From Planctomycetota bacterium (GTDB lineage: Bacteria > Planctomycetota > PLA2 > JAEUHO01): a stretch of 64,000 bases of DNA. Where the stretch lies: positions 416,001 through 480,000 of the forward strand of contig CBDCWP010000021.1 in the NCBI GenBank assembly GCA_965223505.1. The letters run 5' to 3'. The position numbers were made by a program, and so were the translations under genes. The notes beneath the pieces were generated by a model. The model did no database searches and was not told the origin of the DNA. It was given only the letters and a program-made list of their open reading frames with translations. Positions 53,687 through 64,000 of this stretch are shown piece by piece; the stretch's first letter is position 1, and every line of letters starts with the position of its first letter.

Positions 53687-55051
53687 TCACAGACGGACGC
53701 GGCCGAGCACATGCCGCAATGCGCCCTCGAGTGACGGCTGCTGGTACGCATAGCCGCCGGCCCTGAGTCGGCTCGGTTGAACGCGCGCGCTTGAAAGCAG
53801 CAGGTCGTTTGCGGCTTCGCCGAACGCGATCCGCGCGGCCGTCTTCGGCATGGGCAGCAGTGTCGGTCGACGAAGGACACGGCCGAGGATCTTCGTGAAC
53901 GTTCGGTTCGTGACGAGCTCGGGGCCGACGGCGTTCACGGCGCCTTCGACGTCGTTGACGAGCGCGTGATGAATCGCGCCGACCGCGTCGTCGATGCCGA
54001 TCCACGGCATGTATTGCGTGCCGCTTGCGAGCCTTCCCCCCACACCCAGCTTGAACGGGGTCAGCATGCGCTGCAACGCGCCGCCTTTGGGCGTGAGGAT
54101 GACCCCGAAACGCAGGTTCACGGTGCGCAGGCCGGCGTCGCGCGCCGGCGCCGCGGCGTCCTCCCACGCGCGGCACACCCCTGCGAGGAAGTTGTCGCCC
54201 GGCGCGCTGTCTTCGGTCAGCTCTTCGTCGCCGCGGTCCCCGTAGAACCCCACGGCCGAAGCGCTCACGAAGACCGCCGGGGGCGATTCGAGCTGTGCCA
54301 CCGTCTCGGAGAGCAGCCGCGTTCCGTCGACGCGGCTCTTCAAGATGCGCGCCTTCTTCGCAGCGTTCCAGCGGCCCGCGCCGACGTTCTCGCCCGCCAG
54401 GTGGACGACCGCGTCGAAGCCCCGCATCGCGTCACGATCGATCGTGCCCGCCGACGGATCCCATCGGATCTCGTCGTCACCGGGTTCGCCGCGCGTCAAC
54501 GACACGACCTCGTGCCCGCCCGTACGCAGGAACGGGAGCAACGTCGAACCGAGCAACCCGCGGCCGCCGCTGACGAGAACGCGCATCGGCTTCTCGCATA
54601 GCGCGTGTCGCTCGAGGTCCCAGCGCGTGGTCGTGTGCCGGTAGTGGAAGAGTTGGCGCAGCTGCTTGGTGAGGGCGCCTTTGGCAACGAGGTGGCTGAC
54701 GAACCCGAGCGGCAATGCGTACTCGATCCGGTCGATGAGCTCGCAGCCGCCGTTCGCCGGCTTCATCGCGTGCGTGTGCAACCAGGACTTGAACGGTCCG
54801 CTCAGCTGGACGTCCTGGAACTGCTCGCCCTCGACGTAGCCGCGGTGCTCCGCCACCCACGTCTTCCAGAAGGGACCCATCGGGACCTTGATGATCGCCC
54901 GCGCGCCGTCACGGATGTGCGGCGGCTCCTGGACGATCTTCATCGGCTGCCACGGCGGACCGAGCCGTTGAAACGCGCCGGGACGTGCGTGCCAGTCGAA
55001 CACCTCGCGCGGCGTGGCGGGCAGAAGGCACGACGCGCGGAATTCGGGCAT
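53687..55051 (-). CDS. TIGR01777-family NAD-dependent epimerase with N-terminal SRPBCC domain
   Basis: FDWHARPGAFQRL, GPFKSWLHTH; SGGRGLLG, HLAGE, SASAVGFYG, GTQYMPWI. Confidence 0.9.
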   Translation of the reverse strand: MPEFRASCLLPATPREVFDWHARPGAFQRLGPPWQPMKIVQEPPHIRDGARAIIKVPMGPFWKTWVAEHRGYVEGEQFQDVQLSGPFKSWLHTHAMKPANGGCELIDRIEYALPLGFVSHLVAKGALTKQLRQLFHYRHTTTRWDLERHALCEKPMRVLVSGGRGLLGSTLLPFLRTGGHEVVSLTRGEPGDDEIRWDPSAGTIDRDAMRGFDAVVHLAGENVGAGRWNAAKKARILKSRVDGTRLLSETVAQLESPPAVFVSASAVGFYGDRGDEELTEDSAPGDNFLAGVCRAWEDAAAPARDAGLRTVNLRFGVILTPKGGALQRMLTPFKLGVGGRLASGTQYMPWIGIDDAVGAIHHALVNDVEGAVNAVGPELVTNRTFTKILGRVLRRPTLLPMPKTAARIAFGEAANDLLLSSARVQPSRLRAGGYAYQQPSLEGALRHVLGRVRL

Positions 55052-55053
55052 CG

Positions 55054-55425
55054 CTACATGAGACCGAGTTGCAGCTTGGCGGCGTCGGAGAGCTTGTCCT
55101 TGTCCCACGGCGGGTCCCAGACGAGCGCCATGGTCACGTTCTCGACGCCGGGCACCTCGCGCACGCGTCGCTCGACGTCGCCGGGCAGCGACTCGGCGAC
55201 CGGACAGGCGGGCGAGGTCAGCGTCATGTCGATCGACACGTCGCCGAGCTCGTCGTCGATCCGCAGCTCGTAGATCAAGCCGAGCTCCCAGATGTTCACC
55301 GGGATCTCCGGATCGAAGATCGTGCAGATGGCGTCGATGACGCGATCGCGCAGCGGCTTGTCCGCGTTGGCCGGCGGGGCAGGCGTTTCGCTCGGTTGCG
55401 GTGTCGGCGTCTCGTCCGTCGTCAT
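55054..55425 (-). CDS. sufT: DUF59/SufT Fe-S assembly protein
   Basis: DPEIPVNIWELGLIY, MTLTSPACP, WDPPW. Confidence 0.9.
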   Translation of the reverse strand: MTTDETPTPQPSETPAPPANADKPLRDRVIDAICTIFDPEIPVNIWELGLIYELRIDDELGDVSIDMTLTSPACPVAESLPGDVERRVREVPGVENVTMALVWDPPWDKDKLSDAAKLQLGLM

Positions 55426-55429
55426 GTCG

Positions 55430-55876
55430 CTACTCCGTCGTCACGGGTTCGGCGCGGTTCTCCAGCGCGGCCTGCAAGGTGTGCCAGACCAACGTCGCGC
55501 ACTTGACGCGAATCGGGAACTCCTTCACGCCCTCGAACACCGCCAGCTTGCCAAGCTCCGACGCGTCGGCACCCGGCGCGCCGGTCACGAGCGCATGGAA
55601 GCGCTCGTACATCGCCTCGGCTTCCGCGCGGGTCTTGCCCTTGAGCGCCTCCGTCATCACGGACGCCGACGCCTTCGAGATCGCGCAGCCGTTGCCTTCG
55701 AACGTGACGTCCATGACGACGTCCTCTTCGAGCTTCAAGTGCACGACGACGATGTCGCCGCACAGCGGATTGTGTCCGCGGGCGGTGTGGTTCTCGCCCT
55801 CGAGCGGCCCGTAGTTCCGCGGGTGGCGGTTGTGGTCGAGGATGACCTCCTGATACAGCTCGCGTAGATCGCTCAT
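55430..55876 (-). CDS. sufU: SUF system NifU-family scaffold/sulfur-transfer protein
   Basis: LYQEVILDH, NPLCGD, GCAISKASAS, RVKCATL. Confidence 0.95.
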   Translation of the reverse strand: MSDLRELYQEVILDHNRHPRNYGPLEGENHTARGHNPLCGDIVVVHLKLEEDVVMDVTFEGNGCAISKASASVMTEALKGKTRAEAEAMYERFHALVTGAPGADASELGKLAVFEGVKEFPIRVKCATLVWHTLQAALENRAEPVTTE

Positions 55877-57135
55877 CAGGCGAAGACCTCCCGCACACGC
55901 TGCAGGCTCTTGACCAGCGCGTCGATCTCCTCCTTCGTGTTGTAGAGGCCGACCGAGGCACGTGCCGTCGCCGCGATGCCGAAGTGGTCCATGACCGGCT
56001 GCGCGCAGTGGTGCCCGGTCCGTATCGCGACGCCTTCCTGGTCGAGGATCGTCCCGATGTCGTGCGGATGGATGCCGTCCAGCAGGAACGAGATGACGCC
56101 GGCCTTCTCGGGCGCCGTTCCGATGAGCCGCACGTCGTCGACCTGCCCGAGCTGCTCGGTGCCATAGGCCAGCAGCTCCGCTTCGTGAGCGGCAATGCGG
56201 TCGAGCCCGACGGTCTCCAGGTAGTCGACGGCTGCCGCCAGGCCGATGGCGCCGGCGATGTTCGGCGTGCCGGCCTCGAACTTGAACGGAACGACGTTGT
56301 ACTGCGTCTTCTCGAACGTGACCGAGCGGATCATGTCGCCGCCGCCCTGGTAGGGCGGCATGCGCTCCAGCAGCTCGGCCTTGCCGTAGAGCGCCCCGAT
56401 GCCGGTGGGGCCGTACATCTTGTGACCCGAGAACGCGTAGAAGTCCGCGTCCAGGTCCTGGACGTCGATCTGGGTGTGCGGCGCCGCCTGCGCGCCGTCG
56501 ACCAGGACCACGGCGCCGTACGCGTGGGCGGCCTCGATCATGCGCTTGACGGGGTTGACCGTGCCGAGCGCGTTCGAGATGTGGTTGACGGCGACGATCT
56601 TGGTGCGTTCGCCGAGCCGGCTCTCGAACCTCTCGAACGGTACGGCGCCGCGCTTGTCGATCGGCGCGACGACCAGCGTGGCGCCCGTCTGCTCGCACAC
56701 CATCTGCCACGGCACGATGTTCGAGTGATGCTCGAGCCCCGTGATGAGGACCTCGTCGCCTTCCGACAGGGTGCTGCGGGCGTGGGTCTGGGCAACGAGG
56801 TTCACGCCCTCCGTCGTGCCCCGTACGAAGACGAGCTGCTCCTGGCTCGGCGCGTTGATGAACTGCGCGATGCGCGCCCGCGCGCCCTCGAACGCTTCGG
56901 TCGCTTCCTGGCTCAGGTGGTGTACGCCGCGATGGACGTTGGAGTTGTACTTGGCGTAGTACTGCTCCATCGCCCGGATGACGTCGTTCGGCTTCTGCGT
57001 CGTCGCCGCGTTGTCCAGGTACACGAGCGCATGGCCGTGGATCTGCGCTTGCAGGATCGGGAAGTCGCGGCGTAGGGCCTCTACGTCGTAGGCGCTCACG
57101 TCGGCCTCCGCAGCGGTGGTGTCGGGGGTGTTCAT
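55876..57135 (-). CDS. sufS: cysteine desulfurase
   Basis: YLDNAATTQKP, EHHSNIVPW, SGHKMYGPTG, RTGHHCA. Confidence 0.96.
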   Translation of the reverse strand: MNTPDTTAAEADVSAYDVEALRRDFPILQAQIHGHALVYLDNAATTQKPNDVIRAMEQYYAKYNSNVHRGVHHLSQEATEAFEGARARIAQFINAPSQEQLVFVRGTTEGVNLVAQTHARSTLSEGDEVLITGLEHHSNIVPWQMVCEQTGATLVVAPIDKRGAVPFERFESRLGERTKIVAVNHISNALGTVNPVKRMIEAAHAYGAVVLVDGAQAAPHTQIDVQDLDADFYAFSGHKMYGPTGIGALYGKAELLERMPPYQGGGDMIRSVTFEKTQYNVVPFKFEAGTPNIAGAIGLAAAVDYLETVGLDRIAAHEAELLAYGTEQLGQVDDVRLIGTAPEKAGVISFLLDGIHPHDIGTILDQEGVAIRTGHHCAQPVMDHFGIAATARASVGLYNTKEEIDALVKSLQRVREVFA

Positions 57136-58456
57136 GAGTCGGATGCGTCCACTTGCAGCCGCGAGGCGAGCACCTGCTCGAGCGCTTCGCGAATGTGTTC
57201 GTTCGTGACCCGGTCGATGACCTCGCTCGCGAAGCCGTGGATCAGGAGGTTGCGTGCCGCCATCGGACCGAGCCCGCGCGAGCGCAGATAGAACATCTGG
57301 TCGTCGTCGAGCTGCCCGATCGTCGCGCCGTGCGCGCACTTCACATCGTCGGCGTAGATCTCGAGCTGCGGCCGTGTCTCCGCCAGCGCGTCGTGCGACA
57401 GCAGGAGGTTGTGGTTGGCCTGCACCGAGTCGGTCTTCTGCGCGTCCGGGTGGACGACGATGCGACCGGTGAACGCGCCGCGCGCGTGACCGCCGAGGAT
57501 GTTCTTGTAGAGCTCGCCGCTCGTGCAGTGCGGGACGTGATGGTCGATGACCGTGTGGTTGTCGACGTGCTCCTTGCCGCCGAGGACCGACAGGCCGTTC
57601 AAGGTGCACTCAGCGCCGGGTCCGTTGAGGTCGGCGCGCACCTCCTGGCGGCAGATCGCGCCGCCGAGCGTGACCGACGTCGCTTGGAACGTGCTGTCGG
57701 CATCCTGCTTCACGTCCGTGTAGCCGAAGTGGAACGCCTGCGAGCCCTCGCGCTGCAGCCGGACGAACTGGATTCGGCTGTTCGCGCCGAGCGCGAACTG
57801 CTCCACGGTGTTGGTCAGGCGATCGCCGGGGCCCTGCGCGTCGTAGCGCACGAGAATCGTCGCGTTGCTGCCCGGTTCGGCGACGACGAGCACGCGCGGG
57901 TTCTCGACCAGCCCGTCCTGCCACGACGTCATGATGAAGTCGATCTGAATCGGCTGATCCACCACGACGTTCTTGCCGAGATGGATCAGCGCGCCGTCGG
58001 CGAAGAACGCCGTGTTGAGGTCCACGAACGCGTGCGGCCGGTCACGCTCCATGCGCTCGAGCGCGTCGCGCACACGGTCGCCGTTCTCCTCCATCGCAAC
58101 CCGCAGGCTGCCGACCGTCACGCCCTCGGGCAGTCCTTCGATGCTCGAGAGGGTCTTGTCGCGGTGGCCGTTGACGAACACGAGCTTCGGTCCGGGCACG
58201 ATGTCGATGAGATTGCCCGCGAGCGTCGACGAGTCGGGCGTGGGCACGGCCCGCGCCGGACGAAACAGGCGTCCTTCGATCGGCTTGACGTTCGAGTACA
58301 GCCAGTCCTCGTCGCGCGTCGTCGGGAATCCGGTCTCGACGAAGCGGCTGATCCCGTGCCGGCGCATCGCGCGCAGCCAGGGCGCCTCGTCGCGCTTCGC
58401 TTCGAGCCGCTCGAACGCGTCGAGGTAGGGGTTCTGCTCGGTGGTGGCGACGTCGG

Positions 58457-58460
<4 letters not shown>
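57132..58460 (-). CDS. sufD: Fe-S cluster assembly protein SufD
   Basis: [30 protein letters not shown]. Confidence 0.95.
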
Positions 58461-59209
<749 letters not shown>

Positions 59210-59220
59210 TTGGGTGGTTC

Positions 59221-60714
<1,494 letters not shown>

Positions 60715-60718
60715 GTCG

Positions 60719-61183
60719 CTACTCCAATCCCTTCAAGGGGACCAGCGCCGCGCCCATGCGCGCGCTCCATCCGCGTTGCGGAACGGCCATCTCGGAGAGC
60801 GGGATCTCTTCGAGCGCCTTGCGAATGGCGATGTTGATGCGGTGCCAGTTGCTGCGTGTCGGGCAGACCGACTCGACGTCGCAGTCCGGCGCTTCGTGAC
60901 TCAGGCACTCGGTGAGCGCGAGCGGTCCCTCGAACGCCACGATGATGTCCGCGACCGAGATGCTCTCGGGCGCGCGCGTGAGGCTGTAGCCGCCGTTCGC
61001 GCCGCGGTGCGACGTCAAGAGGTGCGCCCGGGTCAGCACGCCGAGGATCTTGCTGACGGTCGGCGCCGGCAGGTGCGTAGCGGCGGCGATCTCACGGGTG
61101 CTGCGCGGCTCGCCCTCCGGCTGCGCCGCGAGGGTCGAGAGCACCGTGATGCCGTAGTCCGTGAGTTTCGTGATTCGGATCAA
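60719..61183 (-). CDS. Rrf2-family SUF system transcriptional regulator
   Basis: [24 protein letters not shown], three Cys (TEC...C....C). TTG start at 61183 inferred. Confidence 0.9.
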   Translation of the reverse strand: MIRITKLTDYGITVLSTLAAQPEGEPRSTREIAAATHLPAPTVSKILGVLTRAHLLTSHRGANGGYSLTRAPESISVADIIVAFEGPLALTECLSHEAPDCDVESVCPTRSNWHRINIAIRKALEEIPLSEMAVPQRGWSARMGAALVPLKGLE

Positions 61184-61189
61184 GGGAGG

Positions 61190-61216
61190 GAATCCGTACC
61201 GATTTGGTCGACATTC
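61190..61216. promoter_or_regulatory. putative Rrf2 autoregulatory operator (imperfect palindrome)
   Basis: GAAT-N4-ACC-GATTT-GGT-N4-ATTC immediately upstream of the Rrf2 start. Confidence 0.45.
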
Positions 61217-61392
61217 GAAGTGTAGGGAGGCGGGCAGGGGCGTCAACCAATGCCCGAGGCTGCGCTCACCCTGTCCAGGCCCCAGGGAATAGGGCCTGAC
61301 GGACCGGGTGGGGGGCCTTACGCGGATGCCGGCCGACCGTATAGTGTCGGCGGGCCGGCCGAGGGGGTGTCGCGGCCCGGAGTCCGAACGCC

Positions 61393-63243
61393 ATGCGGCA
61401 CGCCTTCGTTGGATGCCTGCTCCTGGTCGCCGCTGCGTGCGGTGGCGGGGGCGGCGCCGCCCCCACGCCCCCCGCTCCCGAGGTCGTCGATCTCGGCACT
61501 GTTCCCTCGACCGAGGTGACGGCCTTCGTGCAGACGTTCGTCAACTGGACCGGGCAACCCGCGACGCTGCTCACTGACACCAGCACGGGCGGCTACTCGG
61601 TGGCGCCGTTCCAGCTGCCGCTGTTGGTGCAGCCGTTCGAGGCGGTCGATCTGACGTTACAGCTGATGCCGCCGGGTCCGGGACCGGCGGACGGCATGGT
61701 GAAAGTGTTGTTCCAGGCGCCCAACGGCGACCTCGGCGTCACACAGGAGTTCACGGCGATCGCGGAGCCGCTGAGCCTCGACGTGGACTTGACGCCGCTG
61801 GCGTTCGGGGAGGTGCTGCCCGGCACGACGAAGGACCTCACCATCAGCGTCGAGAACACGAGCGTCCTGAGTCCGGCGACGCTGAGTCCGATCTTGCTTC
61901 CGAGCGCGCTGTTCCAGGTCGTGAACCCGCCGCCGGTCGTGATCGCGCCCGGTACGACCGGCGATCTGACGATTCGATACGCGCCGACGGGACCCGCGGC
62001 GACCGACGGCAACGTCGTGATCAACAGCGTCGGTCTGCAAGCGCCGATCAACGTTCCGTGTACGGCGACGTCGGGCGGCGAGGAGATCGTCGATCTCGGC
62101 ACGCAGACGTTCAATGCCAACGGCATGTCGCAGGCGCACATCGACATCGGCGGCACGGGCATCACCGACCTGCTCTCCGTCGACGTCCCGGACGACGCGA
62201 TCAGCATGATGATCGAGGGCACCGTGACGGGCACGAGCATCGTGGGACTCGGTGAGTGGACGGGCCCCGGCGGGCAGGTCTACGAAAACACGCAGCTGAC
62301 GGGCGAGTTCCTGTGGTTCGACAGCGCCGAGTTCTTCGTCGCGCGGCTTCCGGCGAGCGACCGAGCGGCGCTCAAGCTGGTGCAGGGCGGCGGCACGTAC
62401 ACGTTCAAGCTGCTGCGCATGGGCGGCAACGACACGTCGGTGGACGTGCGCGTCATCATCGAGCGGCGGCCCGGGCCGACGGAGAACGTGGCGACGCTCG
62501 ACCTCAACGTCTGGTTGGCGGACGGGATCGATCCGACCGCCGCCAACGCGGCCACGCATCAGGACCTGCAGGACGTGCTCGACAAGATCAAGGAGCTGCT
62601 CGGCCAACGCGGCATCACGGTCGGGGACATCGACTACTACGACGTCACCAACGCGTCGTACGACCACGTGACGAGCGACGCCGAGTTTCGCGATCTGCTG
62701 AAGCTGTCGTCGACGGCGGCGGAGGTGCGGCTGAACTTCTTCTTCGTCGAGACGGCGCTGGGCGGTGGCGTGCTCGGCGTGGCCGGCGCGATCGACGGAC
62801 CGAAGCTCAACGGCACGGCCTCGTCGGGCGTGATGGGACTGTGGATCGACAACCCGTCGGCGAACGACGTGGACCTCGTCGGCACGGTCGCAGCGCACGA
62901 GATGGGGCACCTGCTCGGCTTGTTCCACACGGCGGAGTCGGACGGGACGCACGATCGGATCGACGACACGAGCGATTGCGGATCGGGCGGGTGCACCGGC
63001 GACGGCAATCCCGACAACGACTACTTGATGCACTGGAGTGCGAGCACCGGGGGCGGGGCGATCTCGCCGGCGCAGGGGACGATCCTGCGCAGTCATCCAC
63101 TGATGACCGAAGCGCTGCCGACGGCGCCGCTCACGAGCAAGCCGGCGGCGTCGAGGGTCGGCGGGCCGATCGCGGTGCATCCGAACTGGTGCGGGACCTG
63201 TCGTCACTGCGCGAAGAAGAAGGCGGCGGGCGGCGGCCGCTGA
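61393..63243 (+). CDS. lipoprotein zinc metallopeptidase (M43/metzincin-like) with Ig-like domains
   Basis: Lipobox AAAC; LAFGEV..G Ig-like domain; HEMGHLLGLFH; YLM Met-turn. Confidence 0.85.
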   Translation: MRHAFVGCLLLVAAACGGGGGAAPTPPAPEVVDLGTVPSTEVTAFVQTFVNWTGQPATLLTDTSTGGYSVAPFQLPLLVQPFEAVDLTLQLMPPGPGPADGMVKVLFQAPNGDLGVTQEFTAIAEPLSLDVDLTPLAFGEVLPGTTKDLTISVENTSVLSPATLSPILLPSALFQVVNPPPVVIAPGTTGDLTIRYAPTGPAATDGNVVINSVGLQAPINVPCTATSGGEEIVDLGTQTFNANGMSQAHIDIGGTGITDLLSVDVPDDAISMMIEGTVTGTSIVGLGEWTGPGGQVYENTQLTGEFLWFDSAEFFVARLPASDRAALKLVQGGGTYTFKLLRMGGNDTSVDVRVIIERRPGPTENVATLDLNVWLADGIDPTAANAATHQDLQDVLDKIKELLGQRGITVGDIDYYDVTNASYDHVTSDAEFRDLLKLSSTAAEVRLNFFFVETALGGGVLGVAGAIDGPKLNGTASSGVMGLWIDNPSANDVDLVGTVAAHEMGHLLGLFHTAESDGTHDRIDDTSDCGSGGCTGDGNPDNDYLMHWSASTGGGAISPAQGTILRSHPLMTEALPTAPLTSKPAASRVGGPIAVHPNWCGTCRHCAKKKAAGGGR

Positions 63244-63380
63244 GGGTCTTTCGCGTAACCGCAGGCCGGCCTCGCGCGATGTTCGTTTGGGGGGCCCCGG
63301 AAAGCGCCTGGGTCGCGGTGCGTTCGCGGCGCGGCTTCGCCCCGTCGCTATCCTGATCCGCCCCTTCGGAGCCCTCCCGC

Positions 63381-64000
63381 ATGCCCAAGCCGCGCTACCG
63401 CAAGTCCGCCATGGCCGGCCTCCTCGTGGTCGACAAGCCCGAGGGCTGGAGCTCCATGGACGTCGTACGCCGCGTGCGCAAGGCCGCCGGCTGGGTCAAG
63501 ACCGGCCACGCCGGCACTCTCGATCCGCTCGCCACGGGCGTCGTCATCGCCTGCATCGGTCACGCCACCCGCAGCGTCGAGACCCTCATGGGCCTGCCCA
63601 AGACCTACGAGACCACCATCGACCTCTCCGCCTTCACCAACACCGACGATCGCGAGGGCGAGCGGCAGGAGATCGCCGTCGACACCCCGCCCGACGAGGC
63701 TCGCGTGCGCGCAGTGCTCGACACCTTCGTCGGCGCCATCGAGCAGCGTCCACCCCGGTACAGCGCGATCCGCGTCGACGGCAAGCGTGCCTACAAGCTC
63801 GCGCGCTCCGGCGAAGACGTCGAACTGCCCGCCCGCACCGTGCATGTCCACGAGATCGAGCCGCTCACGTACGACTTCCCGATGCTCACCGTGCGGATCG
63901 TGTGCGGCCGCGGCACCTACGTCCGCAGCCTCGCCCGCGACATCGGCGTCGCGCTCGGCACCGGCGGCCACCTCGCCCGGCTCTGCCGCACCGCCGTCGG
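63381..64000 (+). CDS. truB: tRNA pseudouridine(55) synthase, 3'-partial
   Basis: GLLVVDKPEGWSS, GHAGTLDPLATGV, QRPPRYSAIRVDGKRAY, CGRGTYVRSLARDIG. Runs off the window. Confidence 0.96.
   Translation, partial: MPKPRYRKSAMAGLLVVDKPEGWSSMDVVRRVRKAAGWVKTGHAGTLDPLATGVVIACIGHATRSVETLMGLPKTYETTIDLSAFTNTDDREGERQEIAVDTPPDEARVRAVLDTFVGAIEQRPPRYSAIRVDGKRAYKLARSGEDVELPARTVHVHEIEPLTYDFPMLTVRIVCGRGTYVRSLARDIGVALGTGGHLARLCRTAV

Overview
A 64-kb high-GC bacterial window. Its ECF sigma factors, membrane-anchored carboxypeptidase-like-domain proteins and prepilin cluster suggest a planctomycete-like organism (inference). Ordinary content: a glnII-amt-glutaminase nitrogen cluster, two ECF sigma factors, several secreted peptidases, a pseudopilin cluster, napAB, an MscS channel, a complete SUF operon and the start of truB. 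The most striking signal is translational recoding that the ORF track misses. (1) Three genes are split by five in-frame UGA codons, each followed by a SECIS-like hairpin: a periplasmic Sec-MsrA (GUFWG), a thioredoxin-like/PDZ protein with a UxxU motif, and an apparently unusual exported c-type cytochrome with two UGA codons. (2) A small SEC-C zinc-finger gene (23279-23530) reads as one intact 82-aa protein if the ribosome makes three +1 frameshifts, all at the same C_UUU_C site. Also notable: an Lgt-like plus Tes/GDGT-MAS-like radical SAM operon followed by small Gly-x-Cys membrane proteins, a secreted C25-like peptidase-LanC fusion, and a repeated structured leader upstream of the nitrogen-cluster genes. 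All calls come from reading the sequence; no searches were run.
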